Assembly: GCF_001194135.2 (NCBI RefSeq)
Contig: NC_068987.1
Span: 18,182,678 to 18,246,677, forward strand
DNA length: 64,000 bases
DNA from: Octopus bimaculoides
Taxonomy: Eukaryota
Reading direction: 5' to 3'
The notes below the pieces were generated by a model. The model was not told where the DNA came from. It was given only the letters and a program-made list of their open reading frames with translations, and ran no database searches. How positions within the stretch are numbered: position 1 is the stretch's first letter; each line of letters starts with the position of its first letter. The translations under genes and the position numbers were made by a program. Shown piece by piece: positions 55,074 through 64,000 of this stretch.

Positions 55074-55636
55074 TATCCTTTCCTCTAACTAACCAATAAA
55101 AATAAATAAATGAATGGATGAATAGATTAAATAAATAAACAAATTACTTAGTCATTACGGTTATTGTTTCTGACATTTTGACATTCAGCTACAAGCATAA
55201 TAGATAACTTCGTTTATCTTGAATCATTTACCTTTGTTTGTATTATTATTTATTAGTTTCTTTGCTTCCCCACCTCCACCCTCTTCATTTGTATTTCATA
55301 TCTATTGATAAATGTTACGTGAACCTTCATTTACATCTTTTTCTCTTTCTCTCTCTTGTTTGTTAAACGTCACCATTATAAATTTTAAGACAGGTCAAAG
55401 AACTTTTGTTTATTTTGCAATCTTATTTATGGACCCGTCATAGTACCATGTAGTTGCGATTTCATGCGAGATATATTTTCTGTGTGATTAAGCATTTTGC
55501 TTCCCAACCATGTAGTTTCAGGTTCAGTCCCGCTGTGTGGTGTCTTGGGCAAGTGTTTTCTATAGCTCTGGGCTCACAAAAGTTTTGTGATTGGATTTGG
55601 TAGAGAGAAATTGAAAGAAACTAGTTTTGCATGTGT

Positions 55637-55864
55637 TATTTCTTTACTACCCTCAAGGGGCTACACAAAGAGGGAACAAACAAGGACAGACAAACAGATT
55701 AAGTCAGTTATATCGACCCCAGTGCGTAACTGGTACTTATCTAATCGACCCCGAAAGGAAGAAAGGCAAAGTCGACCTCGGCGGAATTTGAACTCAGAAC
55801 GTATCGGCAGACGAAATACCGCTAAGCATTTCACCCGACGTGCTAACGTTTCTGTCAGCTCGCC
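55637..55864 (-). mobile_element. SINE family C (tail type 2), full-length with 8-bp TSD GCATGTGT
   Basis: TSD at 55629-55636 and 55865-55872. Same tail type (...AGCCCCTTG...AAAGAAATA) at 40751-40943(+) and 54135-54252(+). Confidence 0.85.
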
Positions 55865-56571
55865 GCATGTGTATGTGTGTGTATCATCTGTTTTTCATAC
55901 TGGCATAATGTATGTGTGTGTGTGTCAGGTGGACTAGTTTTTCCCATACATTTCTATACACAAGGTTTGCTAACCCCTTCATAATCTTCCTTTTCATCAT
56001 TAATAAAGTTGTTAGAATGTATATTAAGCCCTTTTATCTATCTACTTTGGCCTGTATTATGATAGGGCTTTTAGGGATAATTGTCCCTTACTGGTCCTTG
56101 AGCCAACCTGCAAAGTCAAAGAAGTTTAATACCTCTGATAGGTATTATCAGAACTCTGAAGAACAGAGATAAAGTGATGTTGTTACATTGGATGTAGATT
56201 TTACATTTGCCTTGGAAACTGAACTTATCAATCTCTACTATCCTTTATTGCTGGATTTCCTTAAATTCTGAATTATCTGAATCCTTTTGGTACCAACTCT
56301 GCTCGGGAGCACACATGATTCTATGATACATATTTCATGTTTTAACCCTTTAGCATTTAAAATGTCAATATCCATACCCCAAATTTTCTACCTGTTTTAT
56401 GTTCAAACGAGCCAGATCCAGCATCTCACACCTACCCTACAATGTCATTCTAAAAATATACAATCACATCATTGAAATCTCAAAGCTACAAGATAATGCA
56501 TGATAAATTCAAAACATTGTGAATAAATAAGCAATAAACTGGACTAAGTTTATCTAAATTAAAACATTCAT

Positions 56572-56992
56572 AGGCGCAGGAGTGGCTGTGTGATAAGTAG
56601 CTTGCTTACCAACCACATGGTTCCAGGTTCAGTCCCACTGCATGGAAACTTGGGCAAATGTCTTCTACTATAGCCTCGGGCCGACCAAAGCCTTGTGAGT
56701 GGATTTGGTAAACGGAAACTGAAAGAAGCCCGTCGTATATATGTATATATATATATATATATATATGTTTGTGTGTGTGTGTGTATATATTGTTTGTGTG
56801 TCTGTGTTTGTCCCTCCAACATCGCTTGACAACCGATGCTGGTTCCCATAAATTAGCGGTTCAGCAAAAGAGACCGATAGAATAAGTACTAGGCTTACAA
56901 AGAATAAGTCCTGGGGTCGATTTGCTCGATTAAAGGCGGTGCTCCAGCATTGCCACTGTCAAATGACTGAAACAAGTAAAAGAGTAAAGAGT
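56572..56992 (+). mobile_element. SINE family A, full-length copy (tRNA-like head, CORE-like block, internal (TA)n(TG)n, TAAAAGAG tail)
   Basis: A box TGGCTGTGTGA and B box GGTTCAGTCCC, then ACTTGGGCAAATGTCTT resembling the CORE-SINE block. Related copies at ~46026-46400(+), 59834-60210(-), 29615-30022(-), 30910-31187(-), 34897-35300(+), 60716-61043(+). Half copies at 1545-1700, 12815-12970, 16157-16400, 33325-33480, 37213-37425, 42960-43330, 55480-55630, 58190-58340, 62661-62960, 63935-64000. Confidence 0.85.
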
Positions 56993-57488
56993 ATTCATCA
57001 ATTTATTTTCAAATTAATTGAAACAAAGGTAGTGTATTTCAACAGTTTGAAGGTGCATGGTTAGGGTATTCGGTTCACAATCATAAGGTTGTGAGTTCAA
57101 TTCCCAGTGGCGCATTGTGTCCTTGAGCAAGACATTTTATTACATGTTGCTCCAGTCCACTCAGCTGGCAAAAATGAATAGTGCTTGTATTTCAAAGGGC
57201 CAGTCCTGTCACATTCTGTGTCACACTGAATCTACCTGGAAACTACGTTAAGGGTACATGTGTCTGTGGAGTGCTCAGCCACATGCACGTTAATTTCATG
57301 AGCAGGCTGTTCCATTGATTGAATCAACTGGTACCCTTGTATTAAAACTGACAGAGTGCCAGTTGATTTCACCAGTATTATAGTAACAAAAGAGTACATT
57401 ATTAATAACTTGAGATGAAAATAAGCTTCAAATAGGCATGACTTGCTATGTGTCATATCTTTCATATAAAACTGTTTTTCTTTTCCAG

Positions 57489-57598
57489 AACTGTTTTGAA
57501 TGTGGCACTCACAATCCCCAATGGGTGAGTGTATCCTATGGTATATGGATTTGTTTAGAATGTTCTGGAAAACACCGTGGTCTTGGAGTCCATCTTAG
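57489..57598 (+). CDS. ARFGAP1: ArfGAP1 coding exon 2 ([36 protein letters not shown]), C4 zinc finger
   Basis: Acceptor TTTTCCAG, donor GTAAGT; CxxC-x16-CxxC-x4-R ArfGAP motif; 110 nt. No later exon found in the window. Confidence 0.96.
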
Positions 57599-58948
57599 GT
57601 AAGTAATAGCAGGTCTCTTAATTTTTTGACGTCTACTCTTCCATGTTTGCATGGATTAAATGGAATTCATTGAGGAAGATAATCTACCATAGGTTGCTTT
57701 TCATGTCACCAGGCCTCACCTGTTTCCAAGCAAGGTAATATTCCCTCTTGTCCTTGAAAAACTTACAACCTGATGGCCAGACATGTTTTCAGGGAAGATG
57801 CTGCTTGAATTAAGGCACTGATGACAAGGAGACACAAAAACACTCACATACCATATTATATATATATATATATATACATGTACAACAGGATTCTTTCAGT
57901 TTCTACCTNNNNNNNNNNNNNNNNNNNNNNNNNNNNNNNNNNNNNNNNNNNNNNNNNNNNNNNNNNNNNNNNNNNNNNNNNNNNNNNNNNNNNNNNNNNN
58001 NNNNNNNNNNNNNNNNNNNNNNNNNNNNNNNNNNNNNNNNNNNNNATATATATATATATATATATAGTGAATAGGTAAAAGGATTCAATGTACATCCTAA
58101 CGACTTCGTTAACAATGACAAGAAGAAAGATTATGTATATGTATGTATGTATATGCACATATGTATATATATATATATATATACATGTACAACAGGATTC
58201 TTTCAGTTTCTACCTACCAAATTCACTCACAAGGTTTTGGTCAATTCGAGGTTATAGTAGAAAACACTTGCCCAAAGTGTCACAAAGTGGGACTAAACCC
58301 GGAACCATGTGGTTGGGAAGCAATCTTCTTACCACACAACCATTGATTTTAACATAAGCAAAAAGCAGCACATTTGTAAGAGAGGGTGGTACAGTAGCTT
58401 GTATCAAATTCCATATTTGAATTGTACTACTTTTATCATCCTCCTTGAGGAAGAAAGCTACAACTGACCTTGATGGAATTTGAAATCAGAACATAATGTA
58501 ATTGAATACCTCATGGCATTTTCTCTAGTGTTCTACCAATTCTGCCAAACTACCACCAGTATTCACATTTCCTGCTGACAACAATGTATTCCTCTCTTTG
58601 GCATACATCAGCCAGATGCCCTTATGGCTTTCTCTTCCTCTTTTACTCTTTGTTTCTTTCTTTCTCCTCTTTCACTTTCTTTTTCTTTCTTATCCTTCTT
58701 TCTCCTTCTTATTTCCTCTTCTTTACTTGAGAGTTCTTTCTCATCGTCATCATCATTTAATGTCTGCTTTTCATGCTAGCATGAGTTGGACAGTTTGACT
58801 AAGGACTAGCAAGTCAGTAGGCTGCACCAGGCTCCAATCTGATCTGGCAAGGTTTCTACAGCTGGATGCCCTTCCTAATACCAGCCTCTCTGAGAGTGTA
58901 GTGGGTGCCTTTTACATGCCACCGGCTTGGGAGCCACTCAGAGGGCAC

Positions 58949-59230
58949 TGGCATCAACCATGTTTGGATGGTGCCTTTTACATGCCACCAGCACGGGAGC
59001 CAGTCAAGGGTTACTGGCATCAACCATGTTTGGATGGTGCCTTTTACATGCCACCAGCACGGGNNNNNNNNNNGCACGGGAGCCAGTCAAGGGTTACTGG
59101 CATCAACCATGTTTGGATGGTGCCTTTTACATGCCACCAGCACGGGAGCCAGTCAAGGGTTACTGGCATCAACCATGTTTGGATGGTGCTTATTACGTGT
59201 CACCAGCACAGATGCCAGTCAGACAGCACT
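58949..59230. repeat. 66-bp minisatellite inside a SINE-B copy, about 4 units, interrupted by a 10-N gap
   Basis: Repeating GGCATCAACCATGTTTGGATGGTGCCTTTTACATGCCACCAGCACGGGAGCCAGTCAAGGGTTACT. Confidence 0.85.
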
Positions 59231-61332
59231 GGCCGCAACTATGATTTCAATTTCACTTGACTCAACAGGCCCTTCTCAAGCACATCATATCACCCGACGC
59301 TTTAAGGGTACTTTTGAATGGGCCGGTTATGCAACACTGGCATCAGCTTCAGCTGTGATCTCCAAACCATACCATTACATTGTAGTAACGCCTTGTCTCG
59401 TGCGCATGCGTAGTCATCAATATCCAAGTTTGGCGCCCTTATTCATTCTCTTTCTCGGTCGGCCGGCCATGAGCATGGACGGGTCAAGCTGTCTCTCCAA
59501 CAATCCAACTCTGGGGACAGCTCACATCAACATTCCAATGTCTCAGCAACCAGTTTAAGGCTGCCTATTTCACCCATAAATAAATATTGTTGTGTTGATA
59601 GTTCAGAGTCAGCGTTACGTTGTTTATTCAGAATTTAANNNNNNNNNNTGTGTTGATAGTTCAGAGTCAGCGTTACGTTGTTTATTCAGAATTTAATATA
59701 GGAAAGCGGGTGTACACCTAATGGTGTATAACCACTTTCCTATAACATAAACACTTGCCCAACAGCAACCCTTGTTATGTAATATAGATACATCAGCACA
59801 AGCATCTATAATTATAATATATATATATAAGTATATCTTTTACCTGTTTCAGTCATTAGACTGTGGCCATACTGGGGCACCACCTTGAATTTTTAGTCAA
59901 ATGAATCAACCCCAGTACTTATTTTTTAAGCCTAGTACTTATTGTAATAATCACTTTTGGTGATCCACTAAGTTATGAGGACATAAGCACACCAACCCCA
60001 GTTTTCACGTGGTGATGGGAGGACAAACACAGACACACATATAGATATATATGATGGGCTTCTTTTAGTTTCCACCTACTAAATCCACTCACAAGGCTTT
60101 GGCTGGCCCAAAGCTATTGTGGAAGATACTTGCCCAAGGTGTCACGCAGTGGGACTGAACCCAAAACCATGTGGTTGGGAACCAAGCTTCTTACCACACA
60201 GCCACTCCTGTTACACATATAAGTATATATATATATATATATATATAATACTTATGTTTTTAAGTGTGTGTGTGTGCGTGTATGTGAAGGCGCATGGCTC
60301 AGTGGTTAGAGTATCCCTCCTCTCTGTTAGGAAGCACAAGCACTTGCTCACACATGTACACAGCCTGCCAAATTCAATCACAAGGCTTCAGTCAGTCCAG
60401 GCTTACAATTGTGAGTTTGTGAGTTCAGTTCCCAAGCCAGGTTGTGTGTTATGTTCTTGAGCAAAGTGCTTTATTTCATGTTGCTCCATTTCCCTCAGCT
60501 GTGGAAAAGAGTCACGATATCACTGGTGCCAAGCATTGCCTTCCCATTGGACAACGCCGGTGGCATGAAGAGGGGAGATTGGTATTTATGGGCAACTGCT
60601 GGTCTTCCACAAACAACGTAGCTCGGACTTGTGCTTCATAAGGAAACTTTCTAAATGCAAACCCCTTTGTGACGAAAAGGGGCTTTTACCCTTTTGCGTG
60701 TGTGTGTGTGTGAGCGCACTTTGCAACCACATGGTTTCAGACTCATCTCACTGCACAACAACTTCAACAAGTGTCTTCTATTATAACCCTGGGCTGACCA
60801 ATACCTTGTGAGTGAATTTGGTTGAAGAAAACTGTAGGAGCCCATTTTGTGTGTGCGTGTGTGTAGCCCCCTACAACCACTTGACAATTGATGTTGCTTT
60901 GATTATGTCTTCATGACTTAGTGATTTAGCAAAAGAGACTGATAAAATAAGTAGCTGACTTTAAAAAAAATAAGTACTGGGGTTGATTTTTTTGACTAAA
61001 CCCTACAAAGCAATGCCCCAACTTGGCTGTTGTCCAATTACTGAAACATGTAAAAGATAAAAGATATGTACATAGACAGATAAAAGGTTGTGTGGCAGTG
61101 CTCTATCATTATTAAAATAATGAATATTTAATTTTATTATGCCATGCACTAGTGCAATTAATAGTTAATTACTCTGACTTTTTCATGATTAGCAATATCT
61201 GTCCTCGGGCAAATGAGGAATGAGGTCAGTCTTGTTTTTTTTTTTTTTTGTCCCAATAGCATTTATTAGCAGAGTGAATGAAATAGCTGTCACTAAGAAT
61301 TGAAACCATGACTGCTCATTTGCAAACTATAA

Positions 61333-61406
<74 letters not shown>

Positions 61407-61922
61407 TTGGGGATAGCTGTGTGATTAAGAAGTTGAGTTCAAAACCTTGTAGTTAGGGTTTCAGTCCTTTTATGTGGACGCTGTCAGCTGTTGTCCTCTT
61501 ATATTCATGAGTTGACCAGTACCTTCTGAGTGAAATTGCTAGACAGAAACTGAAGAAGCCTATCAAACACACACACACACACACATGTCTGTGTATGTGT
61601 GTCTGTTTGTGTGAGTGAGTTTGTATTTCCCTTCATTTTCATGTGTGTTTCATGACTAAACAAAATGGCCCATTCAAATGATGTGCTTTCTTTACAGTTT
61701 TCTATGTAGCCGTGTCCAGGTTGTTCATTCCTTGATAGACTGGGGAAATATTACCTTGCTTTGAAACATGCAAACAGGTCAGGGTTGACATCAGAAAGGG
61801 CAGCTGACAATGTAAAACTCAGTCACAATGTAGTTTATATTTGATTTATGCAAGCAAGAAAAGGTTGACATTAAAGCAATAAACAATGATTATATATGTG
61901 TGTGTATATATAGGTTTGTATC

Positions 61923-61955
<33 letters not shown>

Positions 61956-63309
61956 NNNNNNNNNNNNNNNNNNNNNNNNNNNNNNNNNNNNNNNNNNNNN
62001 NNNNNNNNNNNNNNNNNNNNNNNNNNNNNNNNNNNNNNNNNNNNNNNNNNNNNNNNNNNNNNNNNNNNNNNNNNNNNNNNNNNNNNNNNNNNNNNNNNNN
62101 NNNNNNNNNNNNNNNNNNNNNNNNNNNNNNNNNNNNNNNNNNNNNNNNNNNNNNNNNNNNNNNNNNNNNNNNNNNNNNNNNNNNNNNNNNNNNNNNNNNN
62201 NNNNNNNNNNNNNNNNNNNNNNNNNNNNNNNNNNNNNNNNNNNNNNNNNNNNNNNNNNNNNNNNNNNNNNNNNNNNNNNNNNNNNNNNNNNNNNNNNNNN
62301 NNNNNNNNNNNNNNNNNNNNNNNNNNNNNNNNNNNNNNNNNNNNNNNNNNNNNNNNNNNNNNNNNNNNNNNNNNNNNNNNNNNNNNNNNNNNNNNNNNNN
62401 NNNNNNNNNNNNNNNNNNNNNNNNNNNNNNNNNNNNNNNNNNNNNNNNNNNNNNNNNNNNNNNNNNNNNNNNNNNNNNNNNNNNNNNNNNNNNNNNNNNN
62501 NNNNNNNNNNNNNNNNNNNNNNNNNNNNNNNNNNNNNNNNNNNNNNNNNNNNNNNNNNNNNNNNNNNNNNNNNNNNNNNNNNNNNNNNNNNNNNNNNNNN
62601 NNNNNNNNNNNNNNNNNNNNNNNNNNNNNNNNNNNNNNNNNNNNNNNNNNNTATATATGTATAATATGTTTGTGTGTCTGTGTTTGTCCTCCCACCATCA
62701 CTTGACAACTGATGTTGGTGTGTTTACAGCTGTGTATTAACGGTTTGGTAAAAGAGACTGATAGAATAAGTACTAGGCTTACAATGAATAAGTCCTGGGG
62801 TTGATTTGTTTGACTAAAAAAAACCTTTAAGGTGGTGCTCCAGCATTGCCGCGGTCAAGTGCCTGAAACAAATAAAAAAAACTAAAAGAATATACAGTGG
62901 GATTGAACCCTCAAACCATGTGGTTGGGAAGCAAGCTTCTTACCACACAGCCATGCCTGTGTCATCTGTCTGCAGTTTTGCACTTTTCTAGCCGCCTCAG
63001 TTCTTTGCTTCCCTGTTGGTCTCCAACAAGACACAGTTGAGTAATTCTCGTTACGTAGAGAATTCAACCATTAAAAATAACAGTGCAGTGATGTGCCAGT
63101 CCATTTGGTTCGCTTCTGTGTAGACAAGATGTACATAATTTGTAAAATCAAAAGTAGCATAAATTACATTCTCCTTACAAACACCTGTCGTGATTTATCC
63201 TTTATTTCANNNNNNNNNNGTCGTGATTTATCCTTTATTTCAATACTTTGTGTGTGTGTGTGTGTGTGAGTTAGTGTCTGCATGTGCATTTATATGTACA
63301 CATCCTGAC

Positions 63310-63340
<31 letters not shown>

Positions 63341-64000
63341 AACACACATACATATATACATACATACATATCTGTGCATTTGAATATGAATGTATGTGAG
63401 ACTATTCATCCATTCACTTTGTGTTCATTTTCCCTTAATGTGCATGTGTGTAGTGTGTGTGTGTAATGAGTGAGTGTGTACATATGTGATTGTGTGTGTG
63501 TGTGTATATGTATATATATGTAATCAATTTAGCAGCAAGCTTAAAAACACAAGTTGGTTTCTTGTATACAAAGACCATAGCAACAAAGCATTGAGGTGTG
63601 TGTGTTTATAACCTATACCAGTGATTTTTATCAATGGAGATGACTACATCAATCAATAAGAGGTGTGTTTCTATTCTGAATGTGAAAAAGTAAGCCATAA
63701 TGAGTTGTCCACTTGTAAAATAGTAGTGGCTTAGCTTTTATTAACTGACCAATCCTTGAATGTACTGGTTGGATCAAGTCTTATAATAGCTCATCTCTTG
63801 TAAATGATTGTATCACTGAAAGCTCATATTAATTCTAGCTTCTCTATGCAGATGATGGTTTTTTAATAGAAATAAAATGTGCAACAAATAAACCTGCACA
63901 ACGTAGAGTGAATGAATGAGTTAATTCAATATGGGCTTGGACATGGCTGTGCGGTTAAGAAGCTTGATTTTCAATCATGGGATCTTGGGTTCGGTCCCAC

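Noticed and set aside
61871-62740. Long ORFs of 250-310 aa here and at 4383-5318, 16322-16878, 26273-27104, 28672-29508 (distal part) and 30332-31024
   Set aside because: They are open only because N runs translate as X.
57599-64000. ArfGAP1 exon 3 (expected FVRSxxMDKW)
   Set aside because: Not found in the visible sequence; it lies beyond the window or in gap 61956-62651.

Overview
Eukaryotic, AT-rich, microsatellite- and SINE-dense draft-genome window with about 16 N-gaps. The repeat landscape suggests an octopus (inference, not verified). It holds two head-to-head genes. (1) Minus strand: an essentially complete TAF2 (TFIID subunit 2) gene, 47749 down to 4465. I reconstructed 30 coding exons by hand with consistent splice phases. 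One ~62-nt exon (exon 14) and the acceptor of the last exon are absent and probably lie in gaps. Predicted protein is at least ~1,480 aa, with a long Pro/Ala/Thr low-complexity insert and a Lys/His tail. (2) Plus strand: the first two coding exons of ArfGAP1 (48731-48790, 57489-57598). Introns are packed with at least five modular tRNA-headed SINE families, TTAA- and TA-flanked MITEs, R4/Dong-like and RTE LINE fragments, and Helitron- and Penelope-like pieces. Best signals: a clear U12 (minor spliceosome) intron in TAF2, a second intron with a U12-type branch site, and a first intron that looks like a former AT-AC intron shifted 2 nt to GT-AG. Also notable: a candidate ET-domain-binding motif in the TAF2 tail, two hammerhead-ribozyme-like motifs, inverted repeat pairs around exons, and a probable heterozygous SINE insertion captured by the assembly. 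Almost all ORF-track entries are microsatellite, SINE or gap artefacts. I see no bona fide tRNA, rRNA or CRISPR array.
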